NCBI GenBank assembly: GCA_963727895.1
Contig: CAVSHT010000017.1
Coordinates: 1-43,867 of the forward strand
Reading direction: 5' to 3'
Length of the DNA: 43,867 bases
Source of the DNA: an uncultured Methanosarcinaceae archaeon
GTDB lineage: Archaea > Halobacteriota > Methanosarcinia > Methanosarcinales > Methanosarcinaceae
Part shown: piece by piece, positions 21,596-32,989 of the stretch
How the letters are laid out: every line of letters begins with the position of its first letter
Numbering within the stretch: the stretch's first letter is position 1
Notes under the pieces: generated by a model
Seen by the model: the letters and a program-made list of their open reading frames with translations, nothing else
Databases searched by the model: none
What the model was told of the DNA's origin: nothing
Position numbers and translations under genes: made by a program

Positions 21596-21777
21596 GATTC
21601 CGTTGCAAAAAATCTCATTTTGTAGGATACTTTGATCTACGAACGTTTGAAGGTACAACGTTCGTATTTTACCTATGTGAATGCAAACCCAAATGTTACA
21701 TATGGTCTAAGAATACACTGTTTCCTTCGATTAACGCGCCATCAAATGCAAAAAAATTATGAGAAACGCATAGGCAC
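21596..21777 (+). mobile_element. Diverged IS6-type end plus core related to 16167-16280
   Basis: GATTCCGTTGCAAAAAATCT followed by CCTATGTGAATGCAAACCC...TTTCCTTCGAT...GAAACGCATAGGCA. Confidence 0.6.
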
Positions 21778-22017
21778 TTTTCTTGATGTCTGATGATACC
21801 GATTTGAAGCGTAAGGAGGTGTTACTAAATGATAAATATAAATGCCTATTATAAAGAACAGGCTATGCAACTATAGGAACCATTGGTCAAATAGGAGTTT
21901 ACCAAATAATAAAAAGTCTTGAAATAATTTTAAATTTCAAGACAGCTTATCAGTTATTCACCTTAAGATTAAACTCAATTTACCATAAAGTGTCCAATAG
22001 GAAGTTTAAGATCTGTT

Positions 22018-22974
22018 TTAGCTTCCGATAGTGCTATTTGTCTCATTAAGAGCTTCACGCATAATACTTGCAATCTCTGTAGCATTTCCCGTCGCCCAGC
22101 AGTGCAAATAGAATAATCTGGGCTGCTCGGTTATCATATGGTTGTGCAGAGCTGTGATCTCAATGCTGTTATTTGATAGAGTCCGTATTACAGGCTCCAC
22201 TTCGTTTTCTTCTAGTACAAGTTCGCCGATAACTGCCGCATTGCCATTCCCGAGAGGCTGGAAATGTATCAAGGTTGAAACGTCCATAGCCGGGGATAGC
22301 ACATAGCCGTTCATGCGTATTTTATCGGCTTTAGGTATATCGAAGCCGTAATCTCCTCCTTCAGCAGAGCCTTTCTCCCCAAAAATCATATCGAGTTTGG
22401 TGGTATTAATGCCTTCATTATGGAAGCTCTCTTCACGTTTAGCAGGAGATTTTCCGTCAACATAATCAGTAATATTGCGGATCTTCTTAGCCATGTCTGT
22501 AGAATCACCATAACCATGTATGTGCATCCACAATATATGTGGTGACAGTCGTAGCAAGTGGTTATGTAATGAAGTTATCTGGAATCCTGACTGAAGAACC
22601 ATCTTTGTCACGTTTTTGACTTCTGTCTCCGTAAGCCCGATTTCACCCACCATCATCGTCTTGTTTCCGGCTCTCATAAAATCGAAATCATGAGTTCGGT
22701 CAGAGGCAGTATTAAGTGGTATTCCGTCAAGTGTTACCTTTTCACTCATTGGTATGCTAAATGTAATGACATCATCAGGTTTAAACTCGCCTTTTACGCT
22801 CATGGTCTTTTCTGTTGATGTCCAGTAACTGTCACTAATATTCTTGTCATCCGAACTGTTTACCGTTTCAGTATGCGGAGCTTTTGTTGAAATTTCACCA
22901 ACTATCGCTGCACACAGTAATAAAACGATGAATGCAGTAGCTAATTTAATAGTCTTTTTACTCATCTCATACAT
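22018..22974 (-). CDS. Secreted DUF1259/DUF1529 (LppY/LpqO-like) two-domain protein
   Basis: Signal peptide; duplicated IT[SA]LHNH...P...[ML]H motif. Confidence 0.8.
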   Translation of the reverse strand: MYEMSKKTIKLATAFIVLLLCAAIVGEISTKAPHTETVNSSDDKNISDSYWTSTEKTMSVKGEFKPDDVITFSIPMSEKVTLDGIPLNTASDRTHDFDFMRAGNKTMMVGEIGLTETEVKNVTKMVLQSGFQITSLHNHLLRLSPHILWMHIHGYGDSTDMAKKIRNITDYVDGKSPAKREESFHNEGINTTKLDMIFGEKGSAEGGDYGFDIPKADKIRMNGYVLSPAMDVSTLIHFQPLGNGNAAVIGELVLEENEVEPVIRTLSNNSIEITALHNHMITEQPRLFYLHCWATGNATEIASIMREALNETNSTIGS

Positions 22975-23108
22975 CCCCCATTAGAGTACAAAGAATTGAT
23001 GAATATATAACTCTAAATTTATAAATCTCTACGCATACTTTATGATGCTTATATATTCTACAATGTAAACGGTTTAAAAAAACTAGGTGCTCAACCAATT
23101 TAAAATCC

Positions 23109-25652
23109 TTAATGTATGATTTCATCCGTTTCTCGACATGCTTCCATTCTGATTATTTTCTTAACTTCTATCCAAAAAGTTGTGATTATTGCCACTATCA
23201 GAATAATTTTCCATACCGAAAGCGGAAGAAAAGTAGTCTTTAAATATGGGAAAATAATGGGGATATTCGTCATTGCTACGGTCAGTACAATCATTCCTGC
23301 AAGCCATAGTGCTGCAAAACGGTTTGAAAATAAACCCTGTTTTAGGAGAGGAAGCTTTCTTTGCTTCATATTTAATGCAAGGCAAATATGTCCAAGCAAC
23401 CAGGTTGAAAACGCTGCAGTCTGTGCAAGGACAAGATTACCTGTTTGGAAATATAAGAAAATATAAAGAGCAGTTATTCCTAATGTGAGTCCGATACCAT
23501 TTACATAAATTTTATTCAAAATAGTTGATTTCAAGTATTCTTGAACATTTTCTGGCATGCGTTGGAGCAAATCAGGTTCTTTCTGCTCAGTAACGAATAT
23601 CGTTGAAGAAGCAAGATCCATCAGCAGCTCAATTATAATTATGTGAATTGGAGCAAGAGGAAAAGGGATTCCGAGTATTAGAGGAATTAGGAAAATTGAA
23701 AGCAATATTGCTTTCGCGGTAAGATAGTATGTAAGCCCTTTCTGGAAATTGTCCAGAGATTTCCTACCAATTGCTATTGCATTTGGAATGTGAACATAAT
23801 TGTCATCAGTTAACACAAGATCGGCACTTTCTTTTGCTAGATCAGTACCCATTTTCCCCATTGCTATGCCTACATCAGCTGATTTAATTGCAGCGGCATC
23901 ATTTATGCCATCTCCAATCATAGCAACTTTTTCTCCATCAGCTTGGAAGGCTTTTATCAGCTGAAGCTTCTGGAGTGGAGCAACTCGTGCAAATACCCTA
24001 ATTTTCCTTACTATATTCCTAAGATCTTCGTCCTTTAGGCGTTCGATCTGATCGCCAGTTACTACTTCTCCGCTTAATCCAATTTTTTCTGCGACTGCTT
24101 TAGCAGTACCCGGATGATCCCCAGTAACAATAACCGTTTTTACTCCAGCCAATTCGAGTGAAACTATGGCTTCTTTCACGCCTTCCCGAACTGGATCTGT
24201 CAATATTGCAAGAGCAACGAAATCCAGATCTTTTAGCCTGTCAGTCTCTGATTTGTCTAAAATGCGCACAGCATAAGCAACTATACGTTTTCCAGCAGCA
24301 GTTTCTTTTTCTAAAATCTCAAGCAATTTTTTCTTTTCTTTTTTGGGAAGATTCGAACTGTTGATAAGTATTTCAGGTTTTCCTGCTATTGCATAGAGAA
24401 AGCCGTTGTCTTTTCTGTATACAAGTATACGCCAAGGCTGACCTCTAGCAAAACCAATGAATATATCGGGAGGAGTTTTTTTACCTTGAATTCCACCAAG
24501 TGCTTCAAAAACTGCTTCATCTGTTGGATCCCTTGAATGCTCCGGAAGCGATAGAAGTATTTTTTCTTTCACAACGGATTGTTCTGATGATTTGTCTAAT
24601 TCATTCCCTTCAGCAGAAATAAATTTTTCAAGGCTTATTTTATTTTCTGTTACTGTTCCCGTTTTATCTGTAACTACACCAGTTACGAAACCAAGTGTTT
24701 CCGTACCTCTCAAACGTTTTGTCACAATATTTTCTTTTGCAAGTTCGAAGGAAGCCAGTGCAAGTGCCATCGTAATCATAATTGGTGGCTGTCCTGGAAC
24801 CATCAGAAATGTCAAAGCTAACCAGGTAATAACCATTTGTTGAAAATCCTGACCTCTCAATATTCCTATACCAGGCACTATAAGACTAACTGCAACTGCA
24901 ACGACTGCAAGCATTTTTGCCAGGTTTATCATGGCAGTTTGCAGATAGGTGTTTTCTTTTTTTGTTATTTGTACTTCTCTTGCAATTTTGCCAAATTCGC
25001 TTTTTTCTCCAACAGCAGTAACAAGCACAATTCCTTCACCGTCAAAAACGACAGTGCCCGAAAATACGGAGTTAGTTTTCTCTGTAAGTGGCGCTTCTTC
25101 CGGAACCTCAGATTCAGCATCTTTTCTTACAGGATTTGATTCGCCTGTTAATGCGGATTCATCAACAACTAGACCTTTGCTTTCAATGATTCGACCATCA
25201 GCAGGAACACGAACACCTGAAGATAAGACAATTAGATCCCCAACTACTAGCTCAGATGATGTTATCTCCGATTTCTTTCCATCTCTGATAACACTTATTG
25301 TTGGCTGTGCCAGTGCTTTTAGTTGTTTGAGGGTACGATCAGTTCTTGCTTTATTAATCAATTCTATGAAAACATATGCAAAGACGACAAAAACCATTAC
25401 AGAAGCTTCTAAAAATTTAGAGAATATCAAGGAAAGAACGGCTATAGAAAGAAGAAGCATCATGGGCGATTTAATTCCTTCAATAAGAAGAGAAAAAGTA
25501 CTGGCAAGTTTGAGTTCTGCAAAGGTATTTTTACCAAATCTCTTAGCATTTTTTTGAACCTGTGTTTCTGAAAGACCAGTTTTTATGTTAGTATTGTAAA
25601 AATTTGCAAGATATGAGATTGAACAAGCCCACCATTTCAACAGATCTGCCAT
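23109..25652 (-). CDS. Cation-transporting P-type ATPase (P2-like)
   Basis: TGES, DKTGT, TGD and GDGINDA motifs; multi-TM C-terminus. Confidence 0.95.
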   Translation of the reverse strand: MADLLKWWACSISYLANFYNTNIKTGLSETQVQKNAKRFGKNTFAELKLASTFSLLIEGIKSPMMLLLSIAVLSLIFSKFLEASVMVFVVFAYVFIELINKARTDRTLKQLKALAQPTISVIRDGKKSEITSSELVVGDLIVLSSGVRVPADGRIIESKGLVVDESALTGESNPVRKDAESEVPEEAPLTEKTNSVFSGTVVFDGEGIVLVTAVGEKSEFGKIAREVQITKKENTYLQTAMINLAKMLAVVAVAVSLIVPGIGILRGQDFQQMVITWLALTFLMVPGQPPIMITMALALASFELAKENIVTKRLRGTETLGFVTGVVTDKTGTVTENKISLEKFISAEGNELDKSSEQSVVKEKILLSLPEHSRDPTDEAVFEALGGIQGKKTPPDIFIGFARGQPWRILVYRKDNGFLYAIAGKPEILINSSNLPKKEKKKLLEILEKETAAGKRIVAYAVRILDKSETDRLKDLDFVALAILTDPVREGVKEAIVSLELAGVKTVIVTGDHPGTAKAVAEKIGLSGEVVTGDQIERLKDEDLRNIVRKIRVFARVAPLQKLQLIKAFQADGEKVAMIGDGINDAAAIKSADVGIAMGKMGTDLAKESADLVLTDDNYVHIPNAIAIGRKSLDNFQKGLTYYLTAKAILLSIFLIPLILGIPFPLAPIHIIIIELLMDLASSTIFVTEQKEPDLLQRMPENVQEYLKSTILNKIYVNGIGLTLGITALYIFLYFQTGNLVLAQTAAFSTWLLGHICLALNMKQRKLPLLKQGLFSNRFAALWLAGMIVLTVAMTNIPIIFPYLKTTFLPLSVWKIILIVAIITTFWIEVKKIIRMEACRETDEIIH

Positions 25653-25704
25653 CTACCCACCAATAATACGAATGCCAGGCTAATATAAAGGTTCTTTCTA
25701 TTTC

Positions 25705-25793
25705 GGTTCTGTGCAGTCCAAGGAAATTAAGATAAATTTTCGGTACGCTCTAGAGTCAGTTCAGAGGTCAACCCTTTTAGATTACGCAGTACC
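25705..25793. mobile_element. Diverged ~90-bp MITE-like element
   Basis: GGTTCTGTGCAGTC / GATTACGCAGTACC; same size and end type as 17361-17452. Confidence 0.45.
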
Positions 25794-26399
25794 TGATAAA
25801 GCTTGTAGCTGCAAAAAAACAAATTACCAACTGTTAACTTTTTTCAGCTTTGTGTATGTTGAAACTTAAAGATCTCTATCATGTTCAAGTGTTGAAACCT
25901 GTACATTTTTGAAAAAATCGAATTTTTCAGGATGTTTGAGGATACGAACCTTTTGACTTAAAACGTTCGGATTTTAGATGAAATTTTGCAGATTTTTCGA
26001 TCCTATTCTACAAGAATAACCAATAAAAACGAACCTTTTTCTATTATGTTCGTATATGCTTGTATATCAATTTTCGGAATAATATAAGAAAAGCAAATAC
26101 TTTTGATCAAAAAGTTGATCTTGTGGCTGCAAGATATAACCTGCAGCCTTGTCTGTTTGTGAGAAGGCTCCACAACTCGATTTTTCAAGGACGTGATTTT
26201 TAGAAGCTATGATGAAAATAAGATTTATTGTGGTTATATCAGGATTCGAGTAGTTTTAGAATCGAGTCATTAGAACCTTCTAAATATAGATTTAATTTAA
26301 AATTATATATCTTTTCGATATATTCAATATAGTAAAATTGTTACATATTTACTGAATATACTGAAAGTCCTCAATAAAACCAATTTTACAAAATATTCG

Positions 26400-26693
26400 G
26401 GTTCTGGTGCAAAAAATTTTAGAATAAGCATGTAAATATATGGAGAATGAACAAAAGTCAAAATATTTTAAATGTATCAATATTACAGAACTATTCCAAA
26501 TAATTAATTGATTACTGGTATTTTGATGGCAGTTTTGTAAATCATAATTGACTATGTGTTTCTTACTTTTTTTAGCTCTTAACGAATGAGTTATCGATAG
26601 GAAAAAATTTTTACCCAAAAATGAAATGGGCTTTCTGATATTTAATTTTCATATATGCATGGTATTTTGTATTCCATATTATCTGGAATGAAC
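26400..26693 (-). mobile_element. IS6-derived non-autonomous element, inverted copy of 18348-18646
   Basis: Starts GGTTCTGGTGCAAAAAA and aligns along its whole length. Confidence 0.85.
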
Positions 26694-26810
26694 TCGAATG
26701 GATTAGAAATTGGGGAATTTGAATTCAGATAAAATGAGAAATTATTCACCAACATTGACACAAGTAAAGATAATATTTTAAATATATCCATTGTGTACAC
26801 CTATAAGCTT

Positions 26811-26947
26811 GGTGTAAAGCAGTGTAAATATAGTGTAAAGTAAGTGTAAGTACAGTGTAAAATAGATAAATTCAAGTGTAAAGTTAGTGTAACGCAGATA
26901 AATTCAAGTGTAAAATTAGTGTAATAAGTGGTGTAATGTTGGTGTAA
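26811..26947 (+). repeat. Helically phased array of 11 GTGTAA hexamers (centromere/operator-like)
   Basis: Starts at 26812, 26822, 26833, 26844, 26855, 26876, 26887, 26908, 26919, 26931 and 26942. Ends 1 bp before the ATG at 26949. Confidence 0.92.
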
Positions 26948-26948
26948 T

Positions 26949-27467
26949 ATGACTAAAGGAAAGCAGAGAATCAGCTGCTATATAAGCAATGAACTGTACA
27001 GCCAGCTAGTACAATCGAAGTGTAACATCACAGAAGCTGTAATCAAAGGACTAGAGTATGTCTTGAAGCCTGCAGCAGAAGAGAATAGCGGCGTACAAAG
27101 GAACATAGAGCCTGCAGATTCTAATGGCAATAACAACCTAATCAAGAGCTTAGAAGACCATGTTAGAGACTTAAATTCGAGAATAGAAATTTTAGACGAA
27201 CAGTTGAAAGGAAAAGATAAACACATAGAGACACTGAATAAAGAACTCGAAAAAGCTCCAGATCCTATAGAACTTACCCAAATGAAAACTAAATCAGATG
27301 GTTTAGAAAAGCATAACCAAACGTTGCATAGAGAACTTGAAAAAGCTCATCAGGACAAAGATAATATCCAAAATCTCTATGACAATTATATGCGACAAAT
27401 GCAGACTTTAATTCAACAGAAGGCTATAGAAGCACCTGGAAAGAAAAAATGGTGGAAGTTTTGGTAA
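26949..27467 (+). CDS. RHH-like + coiled-coil protein with a C-terminal KKKWWKFW (DUF536/pSK1 Par-like tail)
   Basis: Beta-alpha-alpha-like N-terminus QRISCYISNELYSQL..NITEAVIKGL, heptad-rich middle, end QQKAIEAPGKKKWWKFW. Confidence 0.8.
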   Translation: MTKGKQRISCYISNELYSQLVQSKCNITEAVIKGLEYVLKPAAEENSGVQRNIEPADSNGNNNLIKSLEDHVRDLNSRIEILDEQLKGKDKHIETLNKELEKAPDPIELTQMKTKSDGLEKHNQTLHRELEKAHQDKDNIQNLYDNYMRQMQTLIQQKAIEAPGKKKWWKFW

Positions 27468-27489
27468 TCAAATCGTCAGAAATCAAGCA

Positions 27490-28233
27490 TTAGAATTTAA
27501 TTTCATTCTCCTTAAATTCGGCAAATACCGGCATATGATCACTTAACGCAATCCAATTCTTGTGTTTACCGATAATGCATGATTCTAAATCATTAATAAA
27601 ATTCTGAGAAGTAAATATATAGTCAATGTGATATGTTTTCTCTTTGTTTTTTAATAAAAATAAAGTTGGATCTTTTTCACTGCCAAAGACTGCGTTTGTT
27701 CCAAATATTGCATCCGGTATACTGTGATATGTGCTGTATATACCGTATTGCTTTAGTAAGTTAATCACATCGGTAAGTGTCCCATATAACGAAGATTTCC
27801 CCCTATCCCAGATAACATTCCAATTGAAATCGCCAGCAATAATCACAGGTTCTTTGAATAAATCCTTATAATAATTCAATGCACACCAAATATTCCCTAT
27901 ATACCTTCTTTTTGGATTTTCAATATTATCTTGTGCCCATACTGCAATAAGATTCATAATCTTTTCATTATTTTTAGTTACTTCAATTGGTAAAATATAT
28001 TTGAAGTCTTCACAATATGATTTATGCAATGATATTTTGAACTCGTTGAAGCTAAAGACACCTAAACCCTTCTTATTATTATTTCCAATCCACACAACAT
28101 CTGAATAAAAGGTATCTTTGAAGTTACTTGGATGTTCACATTCTGGAACAATAAGCAGATCAGGTTTATAGGAAAGGATGTTTTTGTATTTCTTCCTGAA
28201 AGCCATATTACAATTCCATGTGATAACTTTCAT
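27490..28233 (-). CDS. Endonuclease/exonuclease/phosphatase (ExoIII-like) protein
   Basis: ITWNCN, PE, IAGDFN, HIDYIF and SDHMPV motifs. Confidence 0.9.
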   Translation of the reverse strand: MKVITWNCNMAFRKKYKNILSYKPDLLIVPECEHPSNFKDTFYSDVVWIGNNNKKGLGVFSFNEFKISLHKSYCEDFKYILPIEVTKNNEKIMNLIAVWAQDNIENPKRRYIGNIWCALNYYKDLFKEPVIIAGDFNWNVIWDRGKSSLYGTLTDVINLLKQYGIYSTYHSIPDAIFGTNAVFGSEKDPTLFLLKNKEKTYHIDYIFTSQNFINDLESCIIGKHKNWIALSDHMPVFAEFKENEIKF

Positions 28234-29238
28234 CTCGATCAATTCCAATTTTATATAATCGTCAGTTTACTTCTTATTCCTTATTATTATCACTTTTTTG
28301 TCTAGGCTTCCTTATAAATCCTCTCGGATCATGACAATTACAAGATAAGTTTCCTGAAAAAAGAAAAAATAGATATTTAGGGGGTAAGAGGGAAGGAATA
28401 GTTTGGAAAATTTCTTTACACTTTTATATACCGTGGTTTCAGAATCAATTTCTTGAGTATTAACAGAAATTGTATACTGAGTCTCTCCTACTGCTTTTTT
28501 CTCTTCCTTATACCTCTTTCCAATCAAATAGCCTCCCTGATCATCTATAATATTCCTTCAAGAAAGCTGATTATCGATTATCCAATTGACAACCTCATGC
28601 TCATTGTTGAAAAACTTCTCAGAAGTTGTAAAAAGAATATTGTGTTTTTGGTAGATTTCATAGCGGCTATGCCTATTAATCAAGGTGCCATTACAAAAAT
28701 CCAAAAACAAATTTGAATAAAAAGATCAACAGTATCACTAAAGTAGTCCAGATAATTATCAGCCATATGCCTAAACCTAGCAGTAATATAAAGAAAATTA
28801 CGACAAAAAACAATATTACTGAAATAATGCTTGTTATTAACGAAATCAAAAGAATCACAAAGTCTGTTTTTTTACAATCTAATATTTCCTAATACACAGT
28901 TCAATCATAAAGACCTAGCGGAGATTTTCTTTTTTTAATTAGATATTCAAATACAAATCTAGAAGACTCGTTATCAGAAAACCATAATTAGAAAAGATGA
29001 TTTTGAATTTCAGGAAGCTCTCCCCCAAAAGCTCCCTGCGCATCTACGACCTTGTTTATTGTACAATCTAAATACAACCTACCATCTTATCAAAATTACA
29101 GAAGAAATTCTTCTAAATATTATTTCTATATTCAATAAGTTTGAGAGTTCGAACAACTTAAAAATGCAGAATGCAATAGAAGCATGGAGAAATGAAAAAT
29201 CCATTTTTGTTAAGGTTAAAGATTTAGCAACTTCCTTT

Positions 29239-32200
29239 TCATAATACAACTAAATGTAACTGATCTGTTCCTATGCACAGAAGTTCAGCCTGTTTGAGAA
29301 TATTATTAATAGCAAGTTTTTGTTTATCTGGAGGGTATCCGTATTTATTCAGCAATCGCTTTACGTTGATCCTTATTTTTGCCTGTATATTTTTCCTGAT
29401 AGTCCAGTCAACGCCTGCATTTTGCCGAATAATCTTAACAAGCTCAGCTGCAATAAATCTTAATGTTTCATTGCCCAGTACTTCCACGGCGCTTTCGTTA
29501 TCAACAAGAGCATCATAAAAAGCAATTTCTTCATCACTCAGGCCCAGTCCTTCGCCTCTTTTGTCGGCCTCACTTATCTTCTTTGCCAGATCAAGAAGTT
29601 CTTCTATAACCTGTACAGTGTCAATGCCTCGATTCTTATACTCGTTTATTGCTCGCTCAAGCATTTCGGCAAAAGATTTACCCTGAATCAAATTCCTCTG
29701 AGATCTGATCCTTATCTCGTCGTAAAGTAACTTTTTCAGTACTTCATAAGCAAGATTCTTTTGTGGCAGGTCCCGGACTTCAGCAAGGAAGTCTTCGGAA
29801 AGGATAGAGATATCCGGTTTATTTATTCTGACTACATCAAAGATATCAATTATCTCCTCTGTTGCAATTGATTTTGAAACAAGCTCTTTTATTGCCGAGT
29901 TCATTTCATACTTTGATTTTGCAGGTCTCCTTTTCAGTTTCACAAGAATTGACCTTACAGCCTGGAAATATGCAAGCTCATCCCTGATCCGATCAGCCTC
30001 TGGATGCGGTACTGAAAGAGCAAAGGCTTTGGAAAGCTCGGTTACATGCTGAATGAGACGCTTCTTTTCCTGGGTTATTTCATCTTCGGTATGGCCCTGT
30101 GAGAAAATAAAATCGGCTCCTTCCCTTACGATTCCAAGTTTTTCCTTTGGAGAAGCGGAGAAGATTTTCATATAGTCAAAGCCATAGAAAAGGTCCTGCA
30201 ATATCTCATACTTTTCGAGCATTAATGCAACAGCTTCATCTTTATATTCCGCAGGGGTACCTCTACCTCCACTTCGAGTGTAATTTACCATAGCATATTT
30301 CAGATCGTAGAGAATGTCCACGTAATCAACAATAAGCCCTCCGGGCTTATCTCTGAAAACACGGTTTACGCGAGCAATTGCCTGCATGAGGTTGTGCCCC
30401 TGAAGCCATTTCAGAAAATACATGGTATGTAGGCAAGGAGCATCAAAGCCGGTAAGCCACATATCACAGACTATAACAAGCTTTAGAGGATCATTGGGGT
30501 CCTGCATTCTATCACGAATCTTCATCCTGCGGCTTTTGTTCCTGATATGTAGCTGCAAGGTTTCATCATCGGCTGCACTACCGGTCATGATTACTTTTAT
30601 CTGGCCTTTCAGATCATCTTCTGAATGCCATTCTGGGCGAAGGGCTATGATTTCATTGTATAGATCAACACAGATCTGCCTGGTCATACAGACAATCATG
30701 CCTTTTCTCAAAATGGAAGATGATATCATCTGCAAGCTTTCTCAGGTTATCCTTACTTCCAACCACGACTTCAAGCCGTGACCAACGAGACTTGAATTTT
30801 TCTGCCTCGTATGGGTCCCAATCTCCGGTTATTTTCGAGAAATCAGAATCCAGTGTTTCTCTTGCTTCTTTGGCCAAATCAATCTTTGATAGGCGGCTTT
30901 CATATGAAACAGGTACTGTAACCCTATCTTTTACAGCCTGTTCAATGTCATAAATATCAATATAATCCCCAAAGACCGCAGGCGTGCTCCTATCATCGAG
31001 TTCAATAGGCGTGCCGGTAAATCCAATAAAAGATGCATTCGGGAGAGCATCTCTCATATATCTTGCAAAGCCATAGAATATCTCTGCAACCTTTTCACCT
31101 TCAACCTCCCTTTCTCGGATCTTTGCATCAAAGCCGTACTGGCTGCGGTGGGCTTCGTCAGCAATTACAACAATATTTCTCCTTTCGGAAAGGACCGGGA
31201 ACTGGTCTTCTTCGTCTTCGGGAGAAAATTTCTGGATCGTTGTAAAGACAATCCCACCCAAAGCCACAGAGAGAAGTTCTCTAAGGTGGGCTCTGGTTTC
31301 AGCCTGAACAGGCTGTTGGCGAAGGATTTCGCTGCATCGAGCAAAGTTATCAAAGAGCTGTCCATCAAGGTCGTTTCTGTCCGTAAGCACTACAATGATT
31401 GGGTTGTCGAGTTCAAGTGCTAGTTTTCCCGCATAAAAGACCATTGAAAGGCTTTTCCCTGAACCCTGGGTATGCCAGACAACCCCGCATTTCCTGTCCC
31501 CGTCTGGCATACAGGCAAGTTTAGTTTTCTCTACAGCCTTGTTAACTGCATGGTACTGGTGATAGCGAGCAAGCTTCTTGATAACCTTTCCGTGGTCATC
31601 TTCAAAAACGATAAAGTGCCTGATGAGGTCAAGAAGAATTTCTGGCTTGCACATCCCTCTAAGCAGTACCTTCATAGGTGGAACTTTAAAATCTGCAACT
31701 TTTTCCCCGTCAATCGTTTTCCAGGGTACGAACCACTCACTGTTCGAGGTAAGTGTTCCTGCCATTGCATCCTGCCCATCACTTATCAGCAAGAAAGCAT
31801 TATACCGGAAAAGCCTGGGAATATCTTTTTTGTAAGTCTGAAACTGACTATAGGCGTCCCAGAGAATCTCATCGTCTTCAAAACTGGAATCTTCATCCGG
31901 CCTCTTTAGCTCAATAACTACAAGCGGCAGCCTGTTAATAATAAGTATAATATCTGGCCTTCTGTTATTTCCATCTTCTATAATGGTAAACTGGTTGACC
32001 GCAAGGAATTCATTTTCTTCAGGTTCCGTAAAGTCAAAAAGCCAGACTTTGTCATAAACAGTTTCCCCATCCTGACCCTGATATTCTACATCAACCCCGT
32101 TTACCAGCATATTGTGAAAAGAACGGTTATTGTGCACAAGATCCTGGCTTTCTTCCCGAAGCACCTTTTTTATTGCTTCTTCCCTTGCTTCTGCCGGAAT

Positions 32201-32386
32201 TTCGGGGTTCAGCTTGTCAACTGCAGCCCGAAGTCGGCGTGGTAGAATAACTGTCCCGAAATCATTCCTTTCTGCTCCATCCGTTTCCGGTGCAATGTCC
32301 GGGCCATAAAGGTAGTCGTAATCGAGCTCTGAAAGGATTTCAAGAGCTGCTTCTTCAACTTCGGATTTGGGAATGAACGCTGGAAT
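29239..32386 (-). pseudogene. hsdR: Type I restriction subunit R, inactivated
   Basis: RPDI..IELK, HTQGSGKS, DEAH, FTGTP, MWLTGFD and QAIARVNR motifs. The expected start codon after the AGGAG RBS reads ATT (32386). Frameshifting deletion at about 30700. Confidence 0.93.
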
Positions 32387-32689
32387 AGTTATTTCTCCTT
32401 TCTTTTTTGTTTGTTGTGTCTTTTTGTCTGTTTCCGTATCTGTTTTATCTATTTTTGCCTCTATAAGGGCAGGTTTCCGTTCAAAAGAGAGTTTCAGCCA
32501 TTAAAACAAACATCGAAAAATTATAAGTGTGTATCCCAGTAAATTTATTTAAATGTAGCTATTTGTTACCGAATTTTATTTTGCCGGATAGACTGTTAAG
32601 GAACAACCCTGCCATGAGGTAAACAAATTGATTACTTCAATGCAAATGTATAAATATCCTAATATGTGACATTATTCTGGGGTAATATT

Positions 32690-32989
32690 ATGGCGGGAAC
32701 ATTGAGACTATCACCAGTTATTAGTGTATATCCTGACGACGAATACGAAAACCTTGAAATTGAGGTAATTCTTCCGGGTGTGGAAAAGAAAAACGTTTCT
32801 TTCAAGATCACCAGTGACAGCTTTTATGTAAGCGGTAAAAAAGAAGGAGTTACCTATCTGGACAGTTATTCAATCGGCTGCCCGGTAGAACCGGAAAAAG
32901 CCGTTGCTAAGTACTCAAACGGCGTGCTTAAGGTCACTGTACCTTATCAAGCACCTTTAGAGAAATTAGTGGATGTAACAATAGAGTAA
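32690..32989 (+). CDS. Hsp20/alpha-crystallin small heat-shock protein
   Basis: EVILPGVEKKNV and AKYSNGVLKVTVP motifs; TATAAATA upstream. Confidence 0.9.
   Translation: MAGTLRLSPVISVYPDDEYENLEIEVILPGVEKKNVSFKITSDSFYVSGKKEGVTYLDSYSIGCPVEPEKAVAKYSNGVLKVTVPYQAPLEKLVDVTIE

Noticed and set aside
28312..29244. Short ORFs or a decayed membrane-protein gene between the EEP gene and hsdR
   Set aside because: No recognisable motif or continuous frame; cannot be supported without BLASTX.
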